From the NCBI GenBank assembly GCA_951406725.2, contig OX597816.1:149420001-149484000 (forward strand): a stretch of 64,000 nucleotides of DNA. The letters run 5' to 3'. Below are positions 37,739 to 50,340 of the stretch, one piece after another. The stretch is from Octopus vulgaris. Lineage: Eukaryota. The stretch's first letter is position 1. Every line of letters begins with the position of its first letter. The notes beneath the pieces were generated by a model. It was not told where the DNA came from and did not search any database. It worked only from the letters and a program-made list of their open reading frames with translations. Position numbers and translations under genes: made by a program.

Positions 37739-39430
37739 ATTTCTTTATTAGCCACTAAACGCAGATAGGGACGGTACAAGGGCAGACAAGACAGTACGAG
37801 TGGGGAAATAAACATAACAACGAATGAAAATGATAATTGTATAAAATGAGGATGGACGTCCTTGCTTGAGCCCCACCCTCAAGCACAATCTTTTATTGTT
37901 CGTTACAGTTCAATTAATTATCAGTCTGTAACCCATGTTATCATATCCTCGTCTATATCCACTGGGGGCAGATATTTTTACCTCACCCTCTCTGGTGTTA
38001 TCTTAATGTTATCTCCATATTTTTTCAAAAAATTAAACCTCTTCCTGTCTCCTAAGATACTTTTATCTTGGAATCCAGGTATCGTTATTCTTGTTACTTC
38101 TTTAAATCTGTCTATAGTTCTCTCAATCTCTACATTTGGTTTGTATATTAAAATATATTCTTCCTTCCATTCCGTGGCCTGCTCTTCTTTCTTTTTCTGC
38201 ACGCTGGGAGCGTCTTTGTTACTTTGCTGTGTTGTGGCACTTTCTGTCTGCTATTTTTGGGGTCTTTTTCCTCTTGTTTTTGACAGCTTTCGAGGACGAT
38301 TTACCCTTACTTCTCTTTCTGGTAATTTGCGTGAACTCACCCTCGGTCTCTGTTGGTTCCACTTCACTTATCTCTTCTGTCTCTGCTGCACCCTCGTGCT
38401 CCGACGTGATTACTTCTCGTTGTTTGGTTCAGTTGTGCTTAGGGGACACTTCTTTTTCACGTGCCCCTTCTGTCCACATCCGTAGCAAGTGAGGGGTCTC
38501 CCCTTTACTGAAACATTTAGTTTTCTCTCACCCGGGAGTTCAATTATCTCTGGAATCTCGTTCTTGTCGGCCATAGTTATCTGGAGCAACAACTCGAGGC
38601 CGTATCCCCATGTTTAGTTTCTGCGTTCTTGTAGCTGACACAATGCTGGGCTCTTTTGTAGTTGATAGGACTGCCGCCGCTATCCATTCTTCCTTCATTT
38701 CCGGAGGAATCCTGCCAACCTTAACTCTAGCTATTCTTCTACCCAAGCAAGTTGGCAGGAGCTTCCACTCCTCACTTCCAATAGGCATAGTGGAGCTCCC
38801 CACTGCTTCCTCCGCGGAGACGAATCTCACCTCCACTACACCGAACCTCCTTCCACGGGTGTAAAAAGTCACCTTCTTAACACACTCCAGACACCCCTCG
38901 ATATCCTCCCCCTTCGCCACCTCCATCCTTCCTTCTTTCATGTTGAGTGTCCTATAAACAACAGTTTTCCCTTCCACCTCTGCCAAAAACTCTTCAGGAG
39001 GGCTCAGCTTCACCTTGCCTCCCCTCCCCTCTTGGCAAATTCCCCACATTTTCGTAGCTCATCAATAGGTATAACAACCTCACTCAATTCGAACCTCGTT
39101 TCGCTCGTTACACTCACCCTTCCAGCTACTGCTGTGCAGCTACCACTCTTTCGCACGCCTGCATTCAGCATCTCCGCCTCTATCCGGCACGAGAGGAGAA
39201 ACAACAAAAACCACAAGCCCGCCCAACAAGCTATGTGTTTCAAAATTACGACAAAAATTCGTCAAAACATTCAAAAAAGTAATAACTTCTACAACCAACA
39301 GTTCAAAAATTCAACAGTTCACAGTCAACATCAACCCGGGCCGAAGCCGAAACTCCAATAAGACGGACTTAACGTCAGTTACAGTTCGAAGCAGCCGAAG
39401 GACCAAAAGTCCAAAAAGTCAACTTTCTGA
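37739..39430 (-). mobile_element. L1/Tx1-type ORF1-only retroelement (frameshifted gag-like CCHC protein)
   Basis: ORFs 38540-39049, 38410-38592 (GRPLTCYGCGQKGHVKKKCP, a CX2CX4HX4C knuckle) and 37978-38202; 3' end ctaataaagaaat; no EN or RT between ORF1 and the tail. Confidence 0.65.
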
Positions 39431-41159
39431 AAAGGGGAGGCAAGGTGCGGTAGACGGTGTGACGCTAGGTAGGAGGTTAACACAATATGTGCTGAGTGGG
39501 GGTACGGAGAGTCTATTGTAGAGAAGAGAGGAGATAGCATGCCTGTGAGCCAGGGATTAAAGTGGGATGTGTTGGTGAGTTACGTTATGTTAAGAATTGT
39601 TAAAGTGTCAGAAAAAAAATACCCTGCAGTATTTCTGCCGGCTCTTTACGATCTGAGATCAAATCCCGCCGAAGCAGTGAAGTCGATTTAATCGGCTAAC
39701 ACATTCCTCTCGCAAAGAAAAGTCACGCCTTGTGCATGTATTAAAAACAGTAAATAAACGTGGGTACCTCCACTTCTACATGTTTACACACTCGCATAAA
39801 CATACAGACAAATACTACGTCAATTGTACCTTCAAACCACCACCCGTTCCATCAGACTATGCTATTATGGTGGTATAATATAACATAATATGATGTATTA
39901 AATATCTTCCTTTATCTATTGAATCAATAGCGCTTTTGTATGTCTTTAATCTAAATGATTTCATTGTAACCAATCTACAACAGCCGGTTTGTCTTTTTCT
40001 GTGTTGTTTAGAGGATTGCCAGGCTGGTTGTTTACATGGGTAGTTATAACATTTCCTCATCCCCTACCCTTCCTTCACTACATTAGTTGCCCTTCAAAAT
40101 CCAGTCTATAGCTCCCAAGTTCAGGGTGGAATGAAATCAAAGAAAGAAACTGCGGAGGGAGTGAAGGAACGTTAAATATTGTCACACCCTCGTTTGTGTG
40201 TGCGCGCGACAGAGTGTTTGTGTGTGTATGCGCGCACATATATGTGAGTGTATGCTTGTATCTGTGTGCGTGTGCAATTCAAGCGCCAACAGATGCAGGT
40301 GGTCAAGGTCGTTAGCCTACTGGCACGCTCACTACCCGTTCGATGGTCCGTATCATGTAACCAGTGCTGCTCTGTGTTCCTCAACTACAAATGGCGTATT
40401 TAATTCAATTGTAAAAAGATGCCATGTTAGGTTTCAGTGAAACAACGAAAGAACAACAATGAGATATGCTTTTCAAACACCTTTACGCGCGCACGTGATG
40501 ACAATAGTGGAATATTTTTGGCTTCACCGACATAATTCTGTTAGAAACATATATATGTCTCAGTTTCGTTATTATAATGTTGAAATGTATTTTATTATTA
40601 AAGTGTGTGATAGTATATAAATACTCTGAACGAGATTTTTCTCTCTCTTTCGACGAGTTCTTTCTAAATTTTTTGCTGGCATGGATTGAATGGTTTGTCC
40701 AGGTCCATATCAGTTGTTATTCAGAATTTTCTGCTCTCCTCGATGGGTCAAAGGAACACGTCTTGCACATAGAACTTGTTTTTGGCTTGGTTTCCATGAC
40801 TGAGTGTCTTTTCCTTCACGAATCACTACAAAGTGTACTGGATGCATTTTATCATGGAACCAGCACAAAAGAAGGTTTCCTGTCCTTGAAAGGTCTAAAG
40901 AGTCCTCTCTACCCTACATTGTCCCTACTCAATTCGTCAACAGCTTGGCAGAGAATACCGGGTGTATTCTATCATGGTACCATTACTAGAGAGGTCACCT
41001 TGTAACTCAAGTCTATAGAGATTCCATTACTTTGAGATTTGAATAGAAGAGAGGATGTGGACATAAGCGGAGTTTAAAGTGATATGTTGAGAAAGGCAAA
41101 AATATGGTGATTGTGGGAAGAGATTTTATTGCTGTTAAAAGCTGAAAAGGAATATATCC

Positions 41160-41312
41160 TTTTGTACTCTGCGCACAAGGCCCGAAATTTTGGGGGAGGG
41201 GGGCTAGTTGATTACATCGACCACAGTACGCAACTGGTACTTAATTTATCGACCCCGAAAGGATGAAAAGCAAAGTCAACCTCGGCGGAATTTGAACTCA
41301 GAACGTAAAGAT
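41160..41312 (-). mobile_element. Young SINE family A copy
   Basis: Close match to 13319-13531; flanked by gaaaaggaatata / gaaagggaatata direct repeats. Confidence 0.85.
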
Positions 41313-42390
41313 AGTGAAAGGGAATATATTAATTATTCCATTGAATAGTGTTGGGTTCTTTTCTTAGTCTATGCTCTGCTTTATTCTCAACATGCTATAC
41401 TAAATACTCACACACACATATGCACACGCACATGTATTCTCAGAAGAGAATATAAGTATTCATCTTAATGTACACATTTGAATATTGGTCTGAGCAGTAT
41501 CTCTAAGTGCTCATTGCAACCATAGCAACCTGTCCATTTCATGCCCGTGTGAAAAATGTGTATGTATACAGTGTGTGTGTGTGTGTGTCTGTGCGTCTGT
41601 GTCTGTGTCTGTGTGTGTTTGTGAACTAAAGAACTCCAATAAACCCATTTGAAACTGAAGTGCCTGACATTATCTTAGGGTCAGTTTGTTTATGTTCCCA
41701 TAACTTAGAGATTCAGCAAAAGAGACCAATATAATAGGTACTAGACTTTAAAAAAGTTGGTGTCAATTTGCTCAATTAAAGTCCATCAAGGCAGTGTCCA
41801 AGCATGGCTGCAGTCCAGTGACTTAATTGAGTAAAAGACGAATACTCTTCTCATTGGGGCTACCAAGCTCTTCGCTGCAAAAACTATCCAAAGGAACTAG
41901 AGATGGTAAGTGTAGCTGGATCAATGTAGCATGGAACATTTAAAAATCAAACATCCGAGAATATTCTTTATGTGAAGTTCTGATGGATTTAAAGTTGTTC
42001 TCTGGATGTTAAGTATCTTACTTGAATTCAATAAATAAGATATGAATTAAAATAACTCAGTAAAAAATGCTAGCAATTTGAGGTACATTATAACATAGAC
42101 TAGACAGAATGAAATTAACTCTGCATAGTTTTTATGCCTGATGTTGTGATTTTGTCACAAACAATCATCACGTATAATAATTAAACATTCAACATCTCAT
42201 TATAATGTTTGACAGTGATAATTATATTATAAACTGGTTTCATGTGTAAATAGAATATCAATCATTTGAATTGACTGGCATTTAGTGATAGCTTGTTAGT
42301 AGCAATGAATTGATTCATTTAAGCTCATAATATATTTAGACATTTTCTATTTACATTTGATGGATATTTGTCCTCATCTTGTTTGTTGTT

Positions 42391-42436
42391 AACACGACAT
42401 TTCAGCTGATATACCCTCCAGCCTTCATCAGGTGTC
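42391..42436 (-). ncRNA. Minimal type I hammerhead ribozyme (probably decayed)
   Basis: - strand gacac-CTGATGA-aggctg gagggtatat cagct-GAAA-tGTC-gtgtt; stem I gacac/gtgtt, stem II gctg/cagc. Confidence 0.7.
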
Positions 42437-42499
42437 TTGGGGAAATTTTGAGCCTGGGTTCTAATTCCTAAGGTATTTTTTTCGATGTTGTTGTTGCTG

Positions 42500-42530
<31 letters not shown>

Positions 42531-42535
<5 letters not shown>

Positions 42536-42607
42536 TCACTGCCTGGAATCGAACTCGAAATCTTAGTGTTAGTAGCCTGTGCTCTTAACCACTATGCCAT
42601 ATGCCCG
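42531..42607 (-). promoter_or_regulatory. tRNA-derived Pol III internal promoter (SINE head, not a functional tRNA)
   Basis: A box at 42589-42599 and B box at 42545-42554; the acceptor stem does not pair properly. Confidence 0.75.
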
Positions 42608-44062
42608 TCAAATGTAAATAATGTAAATAATGTACATAATTCCTCATTTCTTAAATATAGAACTGCATTTTCTATTGTATGTAAATTAGTATCCACATAA
42701 AATATTATTATCATTAGCAAAAGGACAAAAATCAGATTTAAATATTTAGGAAATAAATCATTATGGTTAATTACTCTGATTCATGTAATAAAGTATGGAA
42801 GTGATTCATATAAACTAAAAATAGCTGTAAATCTGAGGGGAAACTATGCAACAGCACATATTTCTTCTTAAGACAATATTTATTTCCGAGTAAATTGAAA
42901 CAGGTCACATCTCTGCCTTGAAATTTACTGTGTATGACATAGTGTATGACATAGTGTATGACAAGACTAACAATTTATATTTAGTTTCATTTAATGCATT
43001 TTTATCAAGTTCTTTTTATTTATTTCTATGGATTGCTCCCATTAATTTTTTTCTCATTAAAGCTCATTATATTTACTACAAGCATCAGAGTAGATTCTGC
43101 AGCCTATTGAATATTTTCTTGTACAGCTTAGGTTAGGTCTGATTGAGCGTACCTGCAGATGGGTGAGCAACAAGCTGTAACTTACAGGTGTATTTTCCTA
43201 TCTTATTGTATATTGTTGAAGTAAGTGGAGTTTACAATTGGATGCCCAACTAATCACTTAACTACTAAGCTGTCATTGTAGAGATTCAAATTACAGTATA
43301 TTAAGCCAACATGGAACATGAATGCAAAATGTTGATGATGATGATGGTGGTGGTGGTGGTGGTGGCAGTGGTGATAAAAACGTGAAGGATAATTCATCTG
43401 GTTAATGTAATAAGTCACAAATTGATCATTTATTTACAATAAAGTAATTAAATAGTCATTTATTGGTTTTGGTTTTTATGGATATGCACGTAATGTTCTA
43501 ATTATATACCCCAGGAATCTTGGAGGATGGCTGCAAAATAATTCTAGGAAATATTTCTTTGTGATATACAGAAGGTTTTGTTTTTCTGTGTTATGTCATA
43601 TTTCTTTCTAGTTAGTAATGTGTGAATTAGAGTGATTGAGCTTCTGATCACAAGGTCTAGTTAAAAATGATTATCTTGTATTCTTGAGCAGTGCACATTG
43701 CTTGTTCCAGTTTGCCTTATTGACAAACAATAGTTCCCACCTTTGTTTGATTGAGTGATTAGTGGTAAAAAGTACATCTAGCAGTAAAAACATTTGTCAA
43801 AAAAGCAAAGCCCACCCTCCCCTACTAATATGGAAGAAGAAAAATGGGTGTAAAACAGTTTTATGGTGGATAGCCAGCTGTGCAGATAATCAAAAGAATT
43901 TTCTATTTTCTCATTCTAATTTCAGAGTGACATTTTGGGTGACTTAATTGTATATACTATTGAAATTATACATTTTATTATTATATCATTTAAATACAAA
44001 TAGATGCCCATCTCCTGAAACTCACTGAATTAAATGCAAACAGTAGTTTTCTACAATATATA

Positions 44063-44230
44063 CTCTTTTACTTGTTTCAGTCATCTGACCGCGGCCATGC
44101 TGGAGCACCGCCTTTAATCGAGCAACTCGACCCCGGGACTTATTCTTTTGTAAGCCCAGTACTTATTCTATCGGTCTCTTTTGCTGAACTGCTAAGTAAC
44201 GGGGACATAAACACACCAGCATCGGTTGTA
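44063..44230 (-). mobile_element. SINE family B (3' part)
   Basis: ctcttttacttgtttcagtca..gcggccatgctggagcaccgcc..acttattctatcggtctcttttgc; related copy at 41640-41840 (+). Confidence 0.8.
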
Positions 44231-45729
44231 GAATATTTTATTTAGTTAATACTATCTAGTTAAATTTTGTGTTTTGTTTATATTGTGAACTATCTAAGTA
44301 TTGATAGTGGAGCTCTAGCATGAGCACAGAAACTAGAAAAAAATACCCTTTTAACTTCACAGACTCAATTCAAATACTATGTCTATAAGTTTGGCTGCAG
44401 TTGTTATATTCCAAAATAACAAGCATTTGTAAATTCTTTTCCTAGTTACATTCTGAAATATTTATTTGGTGTCTTTGATTAAATTCAAACAGGATAGGTG
44501 TAGTTTTTCTGTTTGTTGGAATCAAATTTTGTTTATCTCCAAGTTCACTCTGACCAAGCAGATCTTGTGAACAAGCAATCTCAAAGAGGTTCTCTCATTA
44601 ACATATTGGAGCCAGCAGATCAAAGACGAATTATATATTTAAAATACTGCACCTCCCCTGTTGCCACCTTATTCAATACAACGCTTCACTGTCTCAATAG
44701 TGATATGGTGTCATTCAAAATTTGATTCTTATAAATATATGGGAATATGTGTGAAAATAAATGTATTTGGTTTTCACCTCTCACTTTTTCACTACCAAAG
44801 CAACAACACTTTTTCTATCCTCCTACTCTTAGATGAAAAGTAAGTACTCAAAATACTAGTTTCTTCACTCCTCACAATAATTGAGCTTATGAAACTTATC
44901 TAGGAAACTCACCTACATGTTTAGAGAAAGAGAGATCGGGAAAGGAGAGAGAAAAGAACTGAAACAACCAGAATTCAAGCAATCAAAGTATTTCCTATAA
45001 TGTTTTCCAGTGAACTTTTAGTGTTTCAGAACATTTGCTGTGCATATTCCCTAAAGTAAAAAAAATAATAAGAATTTTATTCATATATGGCAAACAAATT
45101 GCCTAATTAGCAGTCTATATCTAATTGCCTCTATATTAAGGCCTTACCAATATTTGCTCTGGGCATAATGTCATTTTCAATTTGTTGATACAATAACATG
45201 ACTTTCTCCATGAAAGCTACTAAATATTGGGATATACCTTTCCTGATAGTTCCCAGCTGTCCAGTTTAATTGAGATATCCAAATCTACTACCATGCACCA
45301 CCTGTTATTCAGAAGTTTCTACTGCATTGTCACTGAATCAACACACCAGTCACCGTTCTTTGAGAATGTGTTCCAAACCTATTAAGCAGCATTTCTGAAT
45401 TTAAGCAGTTCTAGCACTCTATAAATATTATTTCTGTATTCAACTGACTCTTTACCTTTCTTCTAACAAAAGAACATTGGATTAACAAAAAAAAAATCTT
45501 ATCTTTGTTGTTGCTACTTTTGTTTCTGATATTGTTGTTGATATTGTGAACATTTGTCAGATGTTTTCATATTCCAAGTGTGCTAGCTTCTATTCAATGG
45601 TACAGTAGCACTTAACTCTATTTTACACACACACACTCTGTCTTTCCTACCCTGTATATTGCATATATCTATATACACCTACACTTTGCTGTTAACTATT
45701 ATAATCTGATGTACTTTAAGATGTGTATT

Positions 45730-45760
<31 letters not shown>

Positions 45761-46920
45761 GCATCTATCTGTCTGTCTGTCTGTCTATCTTCTGTTTTGT
45801 CTGTCTATCTTCTGTTTGTCTATCTATCTCTCACTCTTCTCTTTCTCTCTTTCTATTCACATATATATAAGGCACACATACATATACACACACAGCTTCA
45901 AATAATTGAGTGAAAATGAGATGAGTGTTGAGGCAGCTTGCTATTAATGGCTGTAAGTAGTTTTACCACTGAATGTCTGGCTTTTGACATGAAATAAGAT
46001 CTAATTTATAATGAATAAAAAGAAAGTACTGCTCTTCAAACAATAGTGGCATAAAAAAAAATAAACATCTTCCAAATCTTCAATCCTAATTCAACAACAT
46101 CCAGTTTTTTTAGAAATATTTTAGACCCTTATTTAATATTGATTTCTCAAGCAAAAGGAAGAGTGTAGTCAGTTACACAGATTTCAGTATATTAATGGTA
46201 TTTATTTTAATAGCTCTAGAGGGAGCATAAAAGAAAATTAGCTCTAGCAAGATTCGAACTAAGAAAATTGAGGGATGAGATTAAATGCTGTAATGCATCT
46301 GCTTAAGAAGCTTATAATTTTTGCTGACTCCATTGATCTTTAGCTTTAATTAATATCGATTTACATATTTCTATTTCAATCATTGGATATATAAGCTTAA
46401 AAACTGATCCAACAGGCCAATAAATGGTCCACTGTATTGTCAAAGGTGAAAGTTACAAGAGATTTTGAAAACGTATTTCCTTGACTTGGTTTCAATTATA
46501 GCTTCTACAACTCTGTTCTATCCATGTATTTTTAGCAGACTACAGAAAATTTCCAATCCACATGCAATAGAAAAGTCCTGCAATCAGGTTTCAAAAGTGT
46601 GTACTTATCTGTTGGTAATAAATAATGGATTAGATTATTATTTTCTTCTGAGGATCTGGTGTTCTAAGGCGATTATGCAATCTTCTTTGTAATGATTACC
46701 ACACAACGTACAAGTATATGTTGGTGAAACACATGTAAACATCATGTAATTTATGATGTTATTTAACTGAATCTTCTGTTTTATGGTTTGTGTGTATGTG
46801 TGTGTGTGTGAGTGTGTGTGTGTAAGTTTGTGAGGGAAGTTGTGAGTTCAGGAAGAGAGAGAAAAACAAGAGGAAATTAGCAAATATAGTTTACAATAAA
46901 ACTAATAAAACACACGTATA

Positions 46921-47569
46921 CAGGGTGGGCTGAAAGTAACTAGGCATCAAAAATTGCTTATAGAATTTTAAGAATCACTGAAGTCATGACGAAAATATTT
47001 TTTAAACAGACAACACTAATGGGAATTTCTTATTTTCTTGTCTTATTTCTTATTTCTTATTTTCCAGACAGCTGGTCGTTTGACTGTTCAGAAGTGAGCT
47101 AGGATAGCAGCACTCTATTAAGTGTGAAGTACCATTGTTTTGGTTCAGAGATGGTGCTGTGCATGGATAAGTAAGCATGCAACACTACGTCCAGAGACAA
47201 TAAAAAGTTATGTAAATCTGATGACCATGGACTCTGTGAACGATGCAAGAAGTGGCCATCCAACCACATCCGGTTTGCATAACAACTTTTTATTGTCTCC
47301 GGACGTAGTGTTGCATGCTTATCTATCCAGGCACAGCACCATCTCTGAACCAAAACAATGGAAATTTCACACTTCATAGCGTGCTGCTATCTTAGCTCGC
47401 TCCTAAACAGTCAAGTGACCAGCTATCTGGAAAATAAGAAATATGACAACAAGAAAATAAGAAATTCCCATTAGTGTTGCCTGTTTAAAAAATGTTTTCG
47501 TTATGACTTCAGTGATACTTAAAATTCTATAAGCAATTTCTAATACCTAGTTACTTTACACCTATCCTG
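46921..47569. mobile_element. Tc1/mariner-derived near-palindromic fold-back MITE
   Basis: TA-flanked; cagggt.. / ..atcctg ends; arms of about 295 bp (46921-47215 and 47275-47569); the spacer encodes SVNDARSGHPTT (GRPR-like transposase motif). Confidence 0.9.
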
Positions 47570-47838
47570 TATATCATAATCATCATCATCATCGTTTAAC
47601 GTCCGTTTTCCATGCTAGCATGAGTTATATATATGTATATGGAAACACTGCTAAAATGTCTGTGAAGGTTACATAACTGGTGTATGTCAAGAGACAGGTC
47701 CATTGCCAAGTCGGGTATCTCCGAAGTGCTTTGCCAACCTGTCAAACATCGGCGCCCGTTTTGTGCAATGTAGGTAAAATTTGGATTACACATATATAAG
47801 TTTACTTATATATATATATATATATATATACATACATA

Positions 47839-47878
<40 letters not shown>

Positions 47879-47989
47879 AATCTTACTTAGAAATGGATGC
47901 GTGCGTTCCATCATATAATATATTAATAAATAAAACATATGCATATATATATATAAATATATGTACGTACCAACCTCTACGTGTATATA

Positions 47990-48985
47990 TACACGCATAA
48001 GTGCAGCAAAAGGAATCCCTAATGTGAAAGGTGCAATGATTAGGTCCGATAGGTTGGTAGTATTATAAAGGAAGGGGAAATATTGCAGCGGGTACGGGAG
48101 CTGGGAAGGGATCTAGGAAAGGACAGAGCACTGAGAAAAGAGGAGCCACAGACGAGGAGTCTGCGATGTTTACGATGGAATGGCTGGAAGAGGAACAAAA
48201 GCTGGTGATGATATGAACAAATGGAATCAGCGGAAGAAACGAAGAATGGTACGTTGTATGTGAAAGGGGATTTCGGACGCGAAGTTGAGGTGCAATCAAC
48301 AACACGCGTAGGAGAACGCAGAATGGATAAAAGAGGGTGAGTAGCTACGGCGAATGAAGAAGTAGACCATATGCTGAACCTGCATCTCGAAGTCGTAGTT
48401 ATTGCTACAGAGGCATTGAAGATGGAGGCACTGGGAATAGAAGAAGGAACACTTGGTGTGGGTGGTGTGCGAGAAGGACAAGTTAAGATAGGAGTGGGTG
48501 TCGGTGAGTTTGTAGAAGACGGAGATGGTGAGCGTGAGAGTGGTTGATGGAGATGGTGATGTCAAGAAAACGAAGGAACGTATCGGAGAGAGAACCGACA
48601 AAGGAAATGAAAGTGTTTGGCTCCTCTTAGAGAAAGACAAGAGGTGCTGAAACAGTCGACGGTTTAGCGGCTGTATAGATCTGTAGTAGGACTATATGTG
48701 GGACCCGACATAACTAGGATAGAGTAGTATGTATGTCGAGGAAGTGTTAAAGAGCCTGGAGGTCTTCGTTGTCAGTGATGACGGCGTAAAGAGAGACGAT
48801 GTCCAGGGTGAAAGGGAGACGGAGGAGCAAGAACTGAAGAAACAGGGAGCATAGTTGGCATCATGGACAGTATGGGAGGGGCGGAAAGCAGCAACGAAGA
48901 TAACGAGCATAATGTCTAGGTGGGTGAAGATGAGTTCAATGGGACAAGTATGATAATGGGGCGTCTGTGAATCGGAGGTGCGTCG
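47990..48985 (-). mobile_element. Decayed Penelope-like element RT fragment
   Basis: ISVFYKLTDTHSYLNLSFSHTTHTKCSFFYSQCLHLQCLCSN resembles the PLE motif YxKPTDxHxYL..S.HP..K.SIPYSQ.LRLRRLCS. Confidence 0.8.
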
Positions 48986-48989
48986 CTAC

Positions 48990-49150
48990 TCAGTGATGGA
49001 TTGAATATGTAGTCTTCGAATTAGCTTTCTTCTTTCAGGTTTTGAGAAGCCCAATTTCTCAAGATTGGTATTTAGGCAGCGTGTTACATATCCCAGAGCC
49101 CCAATAATTACAGGTATGAATCTGAACTTGTGATCTGGATAGAGTAACTG
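48990..49150 (-). mobile_element. Second copy of the RLE LINE fragment next to (ATAC)n
   Basis: QLLYPDHKFRFIPVIIGALGYVTRCLNTNLEKLGFSK, near-identical to 22760-22870. Confidence 0.8.
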
Positions 49151-49291
49151 TATGTGTGTACGTACGTACGTACGTATGTATGTACGTACGTATGTATGTA
49201 TGTATGTATGTATGTATGTATGTATGTATGTATGTATGTATGTATGTATGTATGTATGTATGTATATATGCGTGCATGTATGCATGTATGC

Positions 49292-49324
<33 letters not shown>

Positions 49325-49364
49325 TATATGTATGTATGTATGTATGTATGCATGTATATATGTG

Positions 49365-50340
49365 TGGCGAGGAATGCGTGCGTATGTGAAGGTCGTCTAA
49401 CAAGGAGATACCAACTCTCCAAAGCTCTTCACTGCATGTCTTGAAATAGTCATCAGCGGCATTGACTGGAAAGGTAGCGTCAGCATCAACGAAAGGTAGC
49501 GTCAACATCCACCGTCCTACCCAATTCGCAGACGATATCGTGCTCATCACAGAAACATTAGATCAGCCACAGATGATACAAACAGATCTGGACACCAAAT
49601 TTCAGCATTGCACGAGAAAACACGCAGTCTGAAAACATCTCAAAAGTGGTGGAAAGCGATGAAACTGAGGAGGTAAAAGAGTACATCTATTTAAGACAGA
49701 CAGTAAATATATCCAGAGTCATGAACACAGAAATCTTGCACCGAGTCAGAGCATACTGGAAGGCGTTTGTCTCGATTAAAAAGGTGCTCAAATCACAGCA
49801 GGACAAACCCTTGCGTGCAGAGCCGGATTAAGACCCATCGAGACCCTAAGCACTTAAAAAATTTTGGTGCCCCCCCCCCCCCCCCAAGATAATGTAATTC
49901 AAAATATAAACAATAACAAACCATAGAATAATTTTTTAGTTTTCAAAACGAAGCAAAACAGTAAGAGGGAAAATAGTGTTTATTTTTGTATACTCCCACT
50001 TTATATTTGAAAAGTTTTCTCCTACTTTTTTGAATTGCGAAGTCTTTGCTCAGATCCTCAAAATTAATCGTAGGTAAACACATCTGCATCTATACTTAGT
50101 AGAGATAAAGGGACCCTGAATATTATTTTAGCAAGTTTAAAGTGATTTCTTTTGTGCCGTAAACCATTTACCATTTCTGTGGTGCCCCGTCCTTCCCTTG
50201 ATGCCCTAAGCACACGTTTATTTTGCTTAATGGTTAATCCAGCGCCGCCCGCGTGCTAATCTCTTCAATAATACCATCCTGTATGTGCTCTTGTACCCAA
50301 GTCGCATCTGGGCTACCAGATTTAACAGAAGTAACAGAGT
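49365..50340 (+). mobile_element. Decayed RTE LINE interrupted by a hAT element
   Basis: QGDTNSPKLFTACLE, QFADDIVLI, EEVKEYIYL; resumes RANLFNNTIL after 50255. Confidence 0.75.
49818..50247. mobile_element. hAT internal-deletion derivative
   Basis: TIR cagagccggattaa / ttaatccagcgccg; 8-bp TSD cttgcgtg/cccgcgtg; - strand LSLLSID remnant of the hAT C-terminal domain. Confidence 0.8.

Larger units (their letters stand above)
42352..42665 (-). mobile_element. tRNA-headed, hammerhead-containing non-autonomous retroelement with inverted terminal segment
   Basis: 11-bp direct repeat cattttctatt at 42341-42351 and 42666-42676; A box TGGCATAGTGG and B box GTTCGATTCC; hammerhead core; the 42604-42665 segment is in opposite orientation. 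Confidence 0.75.

Noticed and set aside
37862-38485. 207-aa hydrophobic + strand ORF
   Set aside because: Antisense shadow of the purine-rich retroelement ORF1.
42531-42607. tRNA gene
   Set aside because: A and B boxes are present, but there is no proper acceptor stem or cloverleaf and it is embedded in a TSD-flanked mobile element.
45235-45400. Possible - strand exon
   Set aside because: Splice-like signals are present but all frames contain stops.
48986-49550. Multiple long overlapping ORFs (YIHT/MYVC repeats), likewise near 22551, 50526 and 56105
   Set aside because: Open frames arise from stop-free (ACAT)n/(TA)n repeats.
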